This document shows, one piece after another, positions 10,734-21,149 of a stretch of DNA of 64,000 nucleotides. The position numbers were made by a program, and so were the translations under genes. Source of the stretch: a virus; IMG/VR virus record IMGVR_UViG_3300031673_000004, positions 32,001 through 96,000 of that record. The stretch is one strand, 5' to 3'. Each line of letters opens with the position of its first letter. The first letter of the stretch is position 1. The notes under the pieces were generated by a model. That model searched no databases. It saw nothing but the letters and a program-made list of their open reading frames with translations, and was not told where the DNA came from.

Positions 10734-11647
10734 AAATATTTTGTTTAAGGAAATATTTTTTTATTGAGATGGCAGCAACGTCTAATGTACACGTTGTATC
10801 GCACGGATTGGCGCGGCCAATTCAATTCAAACACCACTTAGTTGAGTTTACTGACCATTTTGTTGCTGAACAACCTGATTTTTTCTATTTTTGGAAAGAT
10901 GAGCAGCTTACTAGGGATATCCTTATAAAATTAAAAGCAGCGAGTCCACACACAAAATTTGTAATGTATTATGCAGACCAACGCGGGGGTGTTCCTCCAC
11001 TAATCGCAGAGAGACGTGGCCTATTAGACGTATTGTTTATAAATAATGAAGACCCTACACAATTTAAGATGTACAAAAAGATTGGTATACCTAAAGTGTT
11101 TACATTGCACCACTGTGTTCCCACAAATGAATTTAAAGATTTTGACGTTCCCATTACCCATGATGTATTTTTTGGGGGAAACAACTTTAACCATAAAAAA
11201 TTTCCTCTAGGAAAATTTAGGTATGATTTGATTATGCGAGTACATGGATTGTTCAAGACAGTTGTTTATGGGAATGGTTGGCCCTTTGGTACTGAAAAGC
11301 GGGTTCCCCGACAGCAATATGCAAGAGTTCTACGTAGAGCCAATGTAAATCTAGGATCAAATCATTATGACGTTTTGCGGTACTATGATAGACGCTTATT
11401 TGAATGTATGGCTTCTGGCAGAGCGCATATAACTAGATATGTTCCTGGTATGGAGAAGCATTTCGAAAACGGAAAACATTTGGTTTGGTTTCGTTCAATT
11501 AAAGAAGGGTTAAACGCTATTCAAAATTTGTTAAAGTACCCGGAAAAAAGAGAAGCAATTGCTGCCGCTGGTAAAAAGCTCGTTTTTGAACAGCACAGTT
11601 TTGAGGTACGTGCTAACCAGTTACAACAGATTTTGGAATCGATATGA
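10718..11647 (+). CDS. CgeB-like (Glyco_trans_1_2) glycosyltransferase; start may be GTG 10730
   Basis: DVFFGG, VYGNGW, RLFECMASG, FENGKHLVWF, REAIAAAG. Confidence 0.8.
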   Translation: MGKTVKIFCLRKYFFIEMAATSNVHVVSHGLARPIQFKHHLVEFTDHFVAEQPDFFYFWKDEQLTRDILIKLKAASPHTKFVMYYADQRGGVPPLIAERRGLLDVLFINNEDPTQFKMYKKIGIPKVFTLHHCVPTNEFKDFDVPITHDVFFGGNNFNHKKFPLGKFRYDLIMRVHGLFKTVVYGNGWPFGTEKRVPRQQYARVLRRANVNLGSNHYDVLRYYDRRLFECMASGRAHITRYVPGMEKHFENGKHLVWFRSIKEGLNAIQNLLKYPEKREAIAAAGKKLVFEQHSFEVRANQLQQILESI

Positions 11648-12630
11648 TATTAACTGTTGCCGCTATTTTAGATGAATTTTCAGAGACTTGTTTTTCTCAT
11701 GAATGCCACCTCATTCCTGTTAGGAGTACTGATTACTTATCGAGATTGAGAAAATCTGGAAAGATAGATTTATTGCTAGTTGAATCAGTGTGGCGTGGTC
11801 CCGGAAATAGTTGGAGTCACTACTTAGTTAATAATAGAAAGCACCCAGTCCCTTCTGGTCTGCCCATTTTAATGAAATTAATTAAAGAATGTAAAAGACT
11901 GCAGATACCTACATTGTTTTGGGCCAAAGAGGACCCTGTTCATTTTAAGCATTTCATAATATCAGCCGGTGTGTTTGATTGGATTGCTACAACAGATGTG
12001 AATTGTATGCAACAGTATAAAAATAAATTTGGGCATAATCGGGTATTTGCTCTGCCCTTCGCTGCCCAAACTGCCATACACATTCCTAAAGGCATAGAGG
12101 GAAGGATTTCGCTGGCTTGTTTTGCTGGGGCTTGTAGAAATAAACAATACCCAAATAGAGCCGCTGCAATGGATTTCGTGCTAAAACCGGCGATAAAATA
12201 CGGTTTACACATCTATGATAGGCACAAAGTAGGTAGTAGCGGGGAAGATTTTCCGGCTATTTATAAAGATTGCGTACAGGGTGGAGTTCCATATACTCAA
12301 ATGTTAGAAAAGTATACACAGTATAAAGTATTTTTAAATGTAAACTCGATTGATACTTCTCCAACAATGTTTTCGCGTAGAGTATTTGAACTGCTCGCCT
12401 GTGGTACTCCTGTGATCAGTTCTCCATCCACTGGAATTGAGAAAATGTTGCCAGAGGTACTGATTTCTCATAATAAAAAAGAAACTGAACAACACTTGCA
12501 GAGACTTTTGAATGACGATAAGTATTGGAAACAGATTTCTACGGCGGGGATAGCTAGAGTGAAAAGTGGGCATACATATGCTCATAGATTAAAAACTATC
12601 TGTGAAACTATTGGTATAACTGAAAAATAA
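11644..12630 (+). CDS. CgeB-like glycosyltransferase
   Basis: FWAKEDPVHF, LPFAAQ, YKVFLNVNSI..SPTMFSRRVFELLACGTP, HTYAHRL. Confidence 0.85.
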   Translation: MILTVAAILDEFSETCFSHECHLIPVRSTDYLSRLRKSGKIDLLLVESVWRGPGNSWSHYLVNNRKHPVPSGLPILMKLIKECKRLQIPTLFWAKEDPVHFKHFIISAGVFDWIATTDVNCMQQYKNKFGHNRVFALPFAAQTAIHIPKGIEGRISLACFAGACRNKQYPNRAAAMDFVLKPAIKYGLHIYDRHKVGSSGEDFPAIYKDCVQGGVPYTQMLEKYTQYKVFLNVNSIDTSPTMFSRRVFELLACGTPVISSPSTGIEKMLPEVLISHNKKETEQHLQRLLNDDKYWKQISTAGIARVKSGHTYAHRLKTICETIGITEK

Positions 12631-12632
12631 CT

Positions 12633-13244
12633 ATGATAGTAGAAGCGTTTAAAAAATATGAAGAGCAAATCTTGTCTAAACTTAGACTTGAATATTGTGG
12701 ACTTATATGGTGTGAGTTAGGCAACCAACGTTATTGTGGGAAACCTGCCAAGGGAATGTATGAATTAAAGGGAGTAAAGCACACTTCCATTGACATAAAT
12801 GGGCTTGGAGGAGCAGTACCTATCGATTTAGATTCTCCTATTCCTAGTAACATGGAAAATAAGTTTGATGTAGTAACCAATTATGGTACATCTGACCACG
12901 TAAATAATCAATATTCTGTGTTCAAGAATGTCCATTTGATGTGCAAACTTAATGGCATTATGTTGCATGGAGTGCCATTGATTGGTAATTGGGTTAAACA
13001 CTGTAGATATTACTATTCTAAACAATTTTTTGAGGGATTGTCTATTAAATGTGGGTACAGAATAATTGATTTAAAGGTGCTTAACTCTGGTTTTTATCGC
13101 CATCCTAAGAATTTGGTAGTAGGGGTGCTTCAAAGGGTAGAAAATGTTGCTTTTGTTTCTCAAAGACAGTTTATTGGGATTTCTGGAATTAACGACTCAA
13201 AAAATCTGAATCGTACTGGTAATTACTCTATTAAAAGAAAGTAA
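12633..13244 (+). CDS. SAM-dependent methyltransferase-like protein
   Basis: CELGNQ, SIDING, FDVVTNYGTSDHV. Confidence 0.75.
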   Translation: MIVEAFKKYEEQILSKLRLEYCGLIWCELGNQRYCGKPAKGMYELKGVKHTSIDINGLGGAVPIDLDSPIPSNMENKFDVVTNYGTSDHVNNQYSVFKNVHLMCKLNGIMLHGVPLIGNWVKHCRYYYSKQFFEGLSIKCGYRIIDLKVLNSGFYRHPKNLVVGVLQRVENVAFVSQRQFIGISGINDSKNLNRTGNYSIKRK

Positions 13245-13253
13245 TATACGTCG

Positions 13254-13925
13254 ATGTTAAACACCTTAATAAAAAGAAACACGATGCTAAATGCTAGAAA
13301 ATTAGACCATTTAGTAAATCAAATAAAATATATAATCTCAAATAATATAGAAGGAGATGTAGTTCAATGTGGTGTATGGATGGGAGGTAGTGCAGTATTA
13401 ATGGCAAAAACAATGCAGAATTTAGGATCTACTAGAACCCTGCGTTTGTTTGATTCGTTTGCCGATCCCCATGAGCCATTGCCAATTGATGGCAAATATC
13501 TAGTAAAGGAATTAGGGGGAAAGCAACGGGCTAAGGGCCGACTACAAACAATAGATGGGTACTATAAAAGGGTAACAAGGGGAATAGGTCCAGGAAATAG
13601 TAAGCATGTTTATAATCTACTTGCAAATGTTATTGCCTACCCTAAAGATAAGATAAAAATATACAAAGGATGGTTTCAACATACACTCGCTCCGTATAGT
13701 AAGCGAATTGATAAAATAGCTTTGTTGATGTTGGATTGTGATTTGTATGCACCAACCAAACTTTGTATGCGGTATTTGTACACGAAAGTAGCCAAAAATG
13801 GAGTGGTCATTGTAGATGATTATTTAACACTTGATGGGTGTCATGCAGCAATAACTGAAACGGTAGAAAGTAACATAGTGCCAATACAAGTTGCTAATAC
13901 TGGGTGTGTCTATTGGGAAAAATAA
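13254..13925 (+). CDS. TylF/MycF-family O-methyltransferase
   Basis: GDVVQCGVWMGGS, LFDSF, KGWF..TL, LDCDLY, VDDY. Confidence 0.9.
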   Translation: MLNTLIKRNTMLNARKLDHLVNQIKYIISNNIEGDVVQCGVWMGGSAVLMAKTMQNLGSTRTLRLFDSFADPHEPLPIDGKYLVKELGGKQRAKGRLQTIDGYYKRVTRGIGPGNSKHVYNLLANVIAYPKDKIKIYKGWFQHTLAPYSKRIDKIALLMLDCDLYAPTKLCMRYLYTKVAKNGVVIVDDYLTLDGCHAAITETVESNIVPIQVANTGCVYWEK

Positions 13926-14435
13926 AGGAGATAGTATGATAAAACAAGAAATAGATGCTGTAATAAAAAAGAGTACAATGAATCAAACAGGCTTAGCGTT
14001 TATTCAAAGTAAGGTAATTGAGTTAGTGAACAAAAAAGTGCAAGGTGATATAGTAGAATGTGGTGTTTGGATGGGGGGCACCTCAGCTAAAATCGCACAA
14101 ATGTTATTGGAATACAAGGACGACAGAGTAATTCGGTTATTTGATTCTTTTGATGATATCTGTGAGCCACTACCGCTTGACGGAGCACGCTTAATAAAGC
14201 AGGTTGGTGGTTCTAAAAACGCACAGGGGCGGTTGCAGCCAGTTAAGGGCTTTTATAGAAAACGTAAGTTATCTGGTCCCGGAAATGCCAAATATGTATA
14301 TAATCTTATGACTAAGGTAGTTGGTTATCCGAAAAACAGAGTAAAAATATACAAAGGATGGTTTCAACATACACTCGCTCCGTATAGTAAGCGAATTGAT
14401 AAAATAGCTTTGTTGATGTTGGATTGTGATTTGTA
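13654..14435 (+). repeat. 94-bp identical direct repeat (13654-13747 and 14342-14435) inside the two TylF genes
   Basis: TAAAAATATACAAAGGATGG...GGATTGTGATTTGTA matches base for base. Confidence 0.9.
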
Positions 14436-14619
14436 CGTTTCTATCAAGATTTGCTTGGAACATTTGTATAAAAAGCTAGTTCCTGGAGGTATAATAATTA
14501 TTGATGACTATTATTACTATGATGGAGCGAAATTAGCAGTAGATGAGTATATAAAGGATTACAAGGTTAATGTTACTATTCCGAAGCTTGGTAAGTATGT
14601 GTGCTGGACAAAACAATAG
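13936..14619 (+). CDS. TylF/MycF-family O-methyltransferase (paralogue)
   Basis: GDIVECGVWMGG, LFDSF, KGWF, LDCDLY, IDDY; AAGGAG before ATG 13936. Confidence 0.9.
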   Translation: MIKQEIDAVIKKSTMNQTGLAFIQSKVIELVNKKVQGDIVECGVWMGGTSAKIAQMLLEYKDDRVIRLFDSFDDICEPLPLDGARLIKQVGGSKNAQGRLQPVKGFYRKRKLSGPGNAKYVYNLMTKVVGYPKNRVKIYKGWFQHTLAPYSKRIDKIALLMLDCDLYVSIKICLEHLYKKLVPGGIIIIDDYYYYDGAKLAVDEYIKDYKVNVTIPKLGKYVCWTKQ

Positions 14620-14628
14620 GTAACACCT

Positions 14629-15726
14629 ATGGTAAAGATTCTTCATATAGGACATACTAACACACCGCATGTTCATGATGTAATTCAGCAAATTGATGAA
14701 CATACAGATTTTCAAAACGCGCTTCTAAGCTGTCAAACTGAAGAGTTTGTACCTTATGAACTTTTTAAACGTATACCTGTATATGTCTATAACTATTTAG
14801 ATTTCGTAGATACACCAGCAATGCGGTCTGCTGTTGATAACGTCTTGAAAGCAGAAAAACCTGACTTGATTATTGGGCACTCGTTTTCACAAGTGGCTGT
14901 GATTATGAACTATGTGTTGAGTGTAACCAACGTTCCAGCTATGTCTTTTATTTGGGGATCTTCTGATTGTGTAAAAAGCTTTAAGAATGCAATATTTACA
15001 AGGATATACTATAATAATTTAACCGTTTTGAAAAAAATAAATTACTTAGTATGCACAAATAGATGGTTAAATTTACAGGCAGTTAATAGCTATGGCATTA
15101 CATTAGATGATTTCGTTGAAGCTGGTCCTCCAGTTAATCTGGCACAGTATACAAATCATATACCAGATACATCCAAACCAAGGTTATTTTTAGCCAAGCC
15201 ACGGTGTGAAAAGTACATATACGCGTGTTTGCCCGCCGCATTTAAACAATTTCCTAAACTAGAGGTTCATGCCTTCCGAGTTCCTAAAAGCATTGTCCTC
15301 GCTAAGAAAGTTGGTGTGCATAACCAAGTACGTTTTCATAATTACCCACAAACTCAAGAAAATTTTGCCAATATGATAAAATATGTTAACATTGTTCACA
15401 CAATTACACCAGACCCAGGAACAGGAGGGACGGCAGTTCAGGCAACATACGCGGGGTGTGTAAATCTGATGCGGCAGTGTCAATCAAGCAAATGGATGAT
15501 TGAGGACGGAATAAATGCGGTAATGTGTCGTTTAAATGTACCCGATGTAATGCAAAAGTTATTCTATAGTGTGCAAAATATGCCTAAATTATGTCAAAGA
15601 TTTAGAGAAAATAGCAGACATTTAATTAGGTTTGACAGAGAAAATACATGGAAGAATCTGCATAAAGCAATTCTAAATTGTTTAGAAGGAAAGAAAGGTA
15701 GGATTACTCCAATGGTTACTGTATAA
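14629..15726 (+). CDS. GT-B fold glycosyltransferase-like protein (paralogue 1)
   Basis: KILHIGH..TPHV, EKPDLIIGH; shared layout with 15726 and 17731. Confidence 0.65.
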   Translation: MVKILHIGHTNTPHVHDVIQQIDEHTDFQNALLSCQTEEFVPYELFKRIPVYVYNYLDFVDTPAMRSAVDNVLKAEKPDLIIGHSFSQVAVIMNYVLSVTNVPAMSFIWGSSDCVKSFKNAIFTRIYYNNLTVLKKINYLVCTNRWLNLQAVNSYGITLDDFVEAGPPVNLAQYTNHIPDTSKPRLFLAKPRCEKYIYACLPAAFKQFPKLEVHAFRVPKSIVLAKKVGVHNQVRFHNYPQTQENFANMIKYVNIVHTITPDPGTGGTAVQATYAGCVNLMRQCQSSKWMIEDGINAVMCRLNVPDVMQKLFYSVQNMPKLCQRFRENSRHLIRFDRENTWKNLHKAILNCLEGKKGRITPMVTV

Positions 15727-16850
15727 TGACTATAAAAAAACCAAAAATACTTCATATTGGAGGATCACACTCTGTTCACGTTGCAGATTTGGTTTCAGAG
15801 TTACACGCACAAGGCTATCCTCAGTGTGTACTAAGCTATAAGCGCGGGAACTTACTTCCTAAGCGGGTTCCCACATACTTTTATCCATATAATAAATTCT
15901 ATCCCAATAACACACTTCCTAAAGATGAAGAGTATCTAAAGCGTTATATTTCGAGTATTTTGCAGAAAGAGAAACCAAATATAATCCATGGACACTTTTT
16001 GGCATTTAGTTGCGTAGCGATTAATCTGGCGAGTGGTTTATCTGGACTTCCACTGTATTTGACACCTTGGTCTTCTAGAGCTTGGATTAAGGATAAGGTG
16101 CTGTTTAGTAGGATCAATTATGGAATATCTCGTGCAAAATATTTTCTGTTAGACCAGCGGTGGGTATTTGATATATTCAAGAGTTACTATAAGCATACGT
16201 TAAAAGACAGTATGCATGTACCTTGGAGGATGCCACTGTACCTATCTACACACCATGATTTTACCAAAGAACAAAAGGATACATCTAGGCCAAAGTTGTT
16301 ATCTGCTAGAGTAATGCAGGATAGAAATCATCAGGAATTGTTTGTTCAGGCACTTCCAATTATATTTGAGAAACATCCTGATGCTACTGCTACACTTATG
16401 ATTGGGCAGTCTGCTGCACAAGGAAACAAGTATTTTAATTTGATGGTTGCTTTAGCTAAAAAATTAGGCATTTTCAATAGATGTCATTTTATAAACAGAG
16501 CACTTTCCCAAGTAGAATTCTCTAAGCTGATTAAAGAACACAATATTGTATATTCCGTATCAGAGAGTGATATGGGAGGATCTCAAACTACATATCAATC
16601 TATGTACGCAGGTGCTATTACTATAGTAAAAACTTCTTCATACGGGTACCTGCCACTAGTTCCAAATAAGAATTCCCTCGTGACTGATTTAACTAAGGAA
16701 GCAGTGCAAAAGGTGTTACTATACGCTGCTGATCATGTTAAAGAGTTATGTGGTAAATTTTTTGACAACAGCAGAACGTTACGTCTGGCAAGTAATGAGT
16801 ATATGCTCCCGATTTTAACCAAATTATACGATAAGGAAGTAGTTAAATAG
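15726..16850 (+). CDS. GT-B fold glycosyltransferase-like protein (paralogue 2)
   Basis: KILHIGGSHSVHV, EKPNIIHGH, TPW, QSMYAG. Confidence 0.65.
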   Translation: MTIKKPKILHIGGSHSVHVADLVSELHAQGYPQCVLSYKRGNLLPKRVPTYFYPYNKFYPNNTLPKDEEYLKRYISSILQKEKPNIIHGHFLAFSCVAINLASGLSGLPLYLTPWSSRAWIKDKVLFSRINYGISRAKYFLLDQRWVFDIFKSYYKHTLKDSMHVPWRMPLYLSTHHDFTKEQKDTSRPKLLSARVMQDRNHQELFVQALPIIFEKHPDATATLMIGQSAAQGNKYFNLMVALAKKLGIFNRCHFINRALSQVEFSKLIKEHNIVYSVSESDMGGSQTTYQSMYAGAITIVKTSSYGYLPLVPNKNSLVTDLTKEAVQKVLLYAADHVKELCGKFFDNSRTLRLASNEYMLPILTKLYDKEVVK

Positions 16851-16951
16851 ATATGTGCTGCACTAGAAGTATTTGCTAACTGTTGGTGTGGGAAACCTCT
16901 TATCTATTTTGGTAAATAAATTGCTTGGCGCTTAACACAAGGATACAAACC

Positions 16952-17734
16952 ATGAAAATTCAAAAAATAAAAAATCATTGGAATGAATTAGCTGCAGCAG
17001 CGGAACATTCTTATAAGGCATCCTGGGATGATTATTATATGTTGCAGAAAGAAATAGCTGAAATAAGTAATAACATACAGTGTACGGCTTCTATTTGTGA
17101 TATGGGCTGTAACAATGGCTATTGTGATTTCGAGCTTTTAAAAAGACATGACAAACTACGTATTACTGGAATTGATTTCTCAGAGAAAGCAATAGAACAG
17201 GCAAATAAAATCCGTGACGATAGTCCTTACAAGGAACGCTGTACCTTTTTAGTAGGAAATATTTTAGATGTAAACAGTTACCCAGCAGATAAATTTGATA
17301 CCATTATTGTAAAGCGTACTCTAATAAATCTAATAAGTGATGAGGCACAACTACAAGCCGTACATAACTTGTTTTCTATGGTATGGTGTGGCGGGAACGT
17401 AATTATAATGGAAGCTGTTGAGGAAAATTTGCAGAGACTAAACAAGTTACGGGCAGCGTTTGATTTACCAGATCTGGTACAGCCTTGGCACAATCGATAT
17501 CTTAGTAAATCGGTCGTTAATAAACTATCTTTAGATTTTTGTGTGTCACATGACGACGACTATTCTAGTTCGTATTATGTTTTGTCTAGGGTAGTTTACC
17601 CTTGGATTGCTAAGATAACCAATAGTAATGTAGAATATCTAAATGAAATAAACAGAGTCGCAATGTTGCTTCCTAATTTTGGGGACTATGGTATACAGCG
17701 CATATTTATCCTATATAGAAATGGTGAAATTTGA
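16952..17734 (+). CDS. Class I SAM-dependent methyltransferase
   Basis: ICDMGCNNG, GIDFSEKAIEQA, FDTII. Confidence 0.85.
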   Translation: MKIQKIKNHWNELAAAAEHSYKASWDDYYMLQKEIAEISNNIQCTASICDMGCNNGYCDFELLKRHDKLRITGIDFSEKAIEQANKIRDDSPYKERCTFLVGNILDVNSYPADKFDTIIVKRTLINLISDEAQLQAVHNLFSMVWCGGNVIIMEAVEENLQRLNKLRAAFDLPDLVQPWHNRYLSKSVVNKLSLDFCVSHDDDYSSSYYVLSRVVYPWIAKITNSNVEYLNEINRVAMLLPNFGDYGIQRIFILYRNGEI

Positions 17735-18801
17735 CAAAGATTTTGCACATAGGTGGTGTGAACTCCCCCCACGTAACTGGGATTTTGGAACAAATTAAAC
17801 AATATACTAACTTTGAGCAGTGTGTAATAAGTTATCCAACTACAATAAAAGATTATGATAAAAAACTTTTTATGGGTATTTCAACATATTACTATAACTA
17901 TCCATTATTTTTCAAAAATAAACCAATTAATGCAGTAGAAAGTAAAAAACTAGAGAAATTTATTGCTAAGGTTATCGCAGCGGAACATCCAGATATAATT
18001 CATGGACACTACTTATCCAAGTGTGCTATGCCTATGTACTACGCAATAGTGTACAGCAACAAGCCAGGAATAGTTGTTCCTTGGTCTATATGGGATATAG
18101 CACAGAACTCACATATGTTTAGTAGAATTAAAGCATGTCTAAATGCTTGTTCTTACGTAATGTGCAACAATACAAAATTTTTGAATGTACTATTAGATGC
18201 ATATAGTCAAAGTAGATCCAAGGGAATATTTTCGTTTCCCCCTGTGCGGTTATACCTATATAAGAACGCTGTACCTAATACGCATGTACCCCGATTGCTA
18301 ATTACACGTACACATTATCAAGCTGCATTCTTTAGTATACTTCCTAAAATAATAAAAATGTTTCCTAACATAGAAATAACTTCTTTATCTCCAGGAAATA
18401 TAGTTCAGTTGTCAAAAAAATTAGGTATATATAATAAAATAACGTTTTTACCAAGTATGCTTACTCAGGAGGACTTTGCTAAAACGGTACAAAACCACAA
18501 TATTGTTAGATCTATGGCACCAGATCATGGAACATCTAGTACAACTATTCAAGCCGCCTACTCTGGGGCGGTTGTTTTGTCACATAAAAGTTCTTGGTCT
18601 TACCTAAAAAATAATGTTAATATTATTGAATGTGATTTAACTGTAGAAGATATTCAAAATAAACTTATTTATGCAATAAAAAATTTGAAAACTCTTTGCC
18701 CTATGTTTAAGAAAAATAACGCTTTCCTTAAAGGTTGGGATGCAGACGTTACTTGGAAAAATTTACTTACAGCATATAGTACGATGCTAAAAGGGAGATA
18801 A
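17731..18801 (+). CDS. GT-B fold glycosyltransferase-like protein (paralogue 3)
   Basis: KILHIGGVNSPHV, EHPDIIHGH, QAAYSG. Confidence 0.65.
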   Translation: MTKILHIGGVNSPHVTGILEQIKQYTNFEQCVISYPTTIKDYDKKLFMGISTYYYNYPLFFKNKPINAVESKKLEKFIAKVIAAEHPDIIHGHYLSKCAMPMYYAIVYSNKPGIVVPWSIWDIAQNSHMFSRIKACLNACSYVMCNNTKFLNVLLDAYSQSRSKGIFSFPPVRLYLYKNAVPNTHVPRLLITRTHYQAAFFSILPKIIKMFPNIEITSLSPGNIVQLSKKLGIYNKITFLPSMLTQEDFAKTVQNHNIVRSMAPDHGTSSTTIQAAYSGAVVLSHKSSWSYLKNNVNIIECDLTVEDIQNKLIYAIKNLKTLCPMFKKNNAFLKGWDADVTWKNLLTAYSTMLKGR

Positions 18802-18802
18802 T

Positions 18803-19831
18803 ATGAAAACTATTTTGATCACAGGTGGCGCAGGCTTCATTGGTTCCAATTTTGTAAAATATATTATGAATAAGTATCCAAAATACAAAATTTTGATATT
18901 GGATGCATTAACTTATGCTGGTTCAGTAGATAATCTTCCACAGCTACTTATAGGAAATGCGTCTGATCGTGGTGAATTTTGGTATGGTAACATTACAAAC
19001 GCTAATTTAGTAGACACCTTAGTACGTAGATCTACTATTATTGTTCATTTTGCAGCGGAGACACATGTAACAAGATCTATTTACGATAATACTTTATTCT
19101 TTCATACAGATGTCTTAGGTACTCAAACCATTGCTAATGCCGTATGTAAGCACAAAAACACTATTGAGCGTTTTATCCATATTTCTACATCGGAAGTTTA
19201 TGGAACAGCACTAACAGAATCAATGGATGAAAATCACCCATTGAACCCGAGCAGCCCATATGCAGCAGCAAAAGTTGGAGCAGATAGGTTGGTTTATTCT
19301 TATTGGAATACATATAAAATTCCTGCAATTATTATTCGACCATTTAACAATTATGGACCAAGACAGCATCTTGAAAAAGTTATTCCTCGTTTTATTACCA
19401 GTAGTATACTAAAAGAACCTATGCGTATTCATGGAGATGGATCTGCGAAAAGAGACTTTGTTTATGTTGAAGATGTATGTAGTGCACTTGATGTTGTTAT
19501 GCACGCTGATCTTAACAAAGTTATCGGAGAGGTATTTAATGTTGGAAGCGGAAAAGATATTTCTATTGGAGATATTGCTAAGACTATAACAAGGGTAATG
19601 CAGAGCAGTAGTAGCACAACTATAGTGGATAGACCAGGACAAGTTATTAGACATACGGCAAATATTAATAAAATACAAAACGTTTTAGGATGGAAACCTG
19701 AAACATCGTGGGTTGACGGCCTCAATAAAACAATTGCCTGGTATAATGCTAATAAGCGTCTTTGGGAGAAACAACTATGGTTGCGTGATATCCCCATTGT
19801 TACTGCCGAGGGAGTAAAAGCATGGCATTAA
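18803..19831 (+). CDS. rmlB: NDP-sugar 4,6-dehydratase (RmlB/RfbB-like)
   Basis: ILITGGAGFIGSNF, DALTYAG, HFAAETHV, STSEVYG, PYAAAK, NNYGP. Confidence 0.88.
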   Translation: MKTILITGGAGFIGSNFVKYIMNKYPKYKILILDALTYAGSVDNLPQLLIGNASDRGEFWYGNITNANLVDTLVRRSTIIVHFAAETHVTRSIYDNTLFFHTDVLGTQTIANAVCKHKNTIERFIHISTSEVYGTALTESMDENHPLNPSSPYAAAKVGADRLVYSYWNTYKIPAIIIRPFNNYGPRQHLEKVIPRFITSSILKEPMRIHGDGSAKRDFVYVEDVCSALDVVMHADLNKVIGEVFNVGSGKDISIGDIAKTITRVMQSSSSTTIVDRPGQVIRHTANINKIQNVLGWKPETSWVDGLNKTIAWYNANKRLWEKQLWLRDIPIVTAEGVKAWH

Positions 19832-20007
19832 AATCTTTATTGAGACTAATACTTAGTGATTTATCTCGATATAAAGAAACTTATCACATCAGACAAGGTA
19901 GTAAGAATTTTTTCTTGATATGCTTAGAATCAGTTTTATTTAAATATCGTACAAGACATTCCACCTTCTTCGCGTATTTTATCTGCAGATATTGGAATAA
20001 TTCATGA
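19822..20007 (+). pseudogene. Probable internally deleted acetyltransferase remnant
   Basis: LILSDLSRY start resembles CysE/WcaB-like N-termini; another frame reads NIVQDIPP, like the end of a hexapeptide domain; the core is absent. Confidence 0.4.
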
Positions 20008-21131
20008 AGATTGAATTCTACAAACATAACATTGGACTTAGAGAAAAGATAAGCATATGGAAATGCTTAAATTCTACTTTTTTAACTACAGGAGAACATG
20101 TTGTCAAGTTTGAAAGGGATCTTGCAAGGTACTTAACTGTGCAACAGGGCATTGGAGTAACAAGTTGCACTGCTGCGTTACATTTGTCCCTATTAGCTTT
20201 AGGTATTGGTTCTGGAGATGAAGTTATTACCACACCAATGACATTTGCAGCAACTGCATTAGCAATTATACAATGCGGTGCAACCCCTGTTTTTGTTGAT
20301 GTTGAAAAAACAACTGGCAATATGGATACTAATTTAATAAAAAAAGCGATCACAGATAAAACAAAAGCAATAGTTCCAGTACATTTATATGGCCAAATGT
20401 GCAACATGCTAGAAATAAAAAGAATAGCAGACAAGCACAACTTGTTTATTATAGAAGATGCGGCGCACGCATTAGAAAGTTATCGGGACTTTATTAAGCC
20501 TGGGCAAGTATCAACTACTGCATGTTTCAGTTTTTATACTACTAAGAGCATAACATGTGGTGAGGGTGGTGCAATTGTTACAAATTCAGATAGTCTTGCA
20601 AAGAAGATTAGATTACTTAGAACGCATGGATTATCACAAGATGCTGCAAATAGGTATGAAAAATTTAAGCATTGGGATATTGTAGATTTTGGTTGGAAAT
20701 ATAATATGAGCAATATTCAAGCCAGCTTACTTATTCCACAATTGAAAAACGTAGAAAATTATTGGAAAAAAAGAGAAAAATGCTTTAATATATATGTGCA
20801 GGAACTACAGGGCATAGGGGGCGTTCGCATACTCAGTAAAGTACCGAATGCGAAGCATGGGTGTCATTTATTTACTGTACTTGTCGCACCGGACAAGCGG
20901 GATTTGATTGTTAAAAAGTTGCAGAGTGTTGGGATTAACACAACAGTTAATTACAGACCAGTGCATTTATTAAAAAAATTTAGAGAAGTATATGGATATG
21001 ATTGTGGAGATTTTCCAAACGCTGAAGAAATTGGTGCATCAACGATTTCTTTGCCGTTATATCCAAAACTAAAAAATAAAGAAACGCTGTATGTAATAAA
21101 GACTGTTAAAAATATTGTTGGAAGTGTGTAA
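20004..21131 (+). CDS. DegT/DnrJ/EryC1/StrS sugar aminotransferase
   Basis: SCTAALHL, GDEVIT, PVHLYG, EDAAHA, FSFY.TK.ITCGEGG, SLPLYP. Confidence 0.95.
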   Translation: MKIEFYKHNIGLREKISIWKCLNSTFLTTGEHVVKFERDLARYLTVQQGIGVTSCTAALHLSLLALGIGSGDEVITTPMTFAATALAIIQCGATPVFVDVEKTTGNMDTNLIKKAITDKTKAIVPVHLYGQMCNMLEIKRIADKHNLFIIEDAAHALESYRDFIKPGQVSTTACFSFYTTKSITCGEGGAIVTNSDSLAKKIRLLRTHGLSQDAANRYEKFKHWDIVDFGWKYNMSNIQASLLIPQLKNVENYWKKREKCFNIYVQELQGIGGVRILSKVPNAKHGCHLFTVLVAPDKRDLIVKKLQSVGINTTVNYRPVHLLKKFREVYGYDCGDFPNAEEIGASTISLPLYPKLKNKETLYVIKTVKNIVGSV

Positions 21132-21149
21132 CTGTAGTAGGGTAATTAA

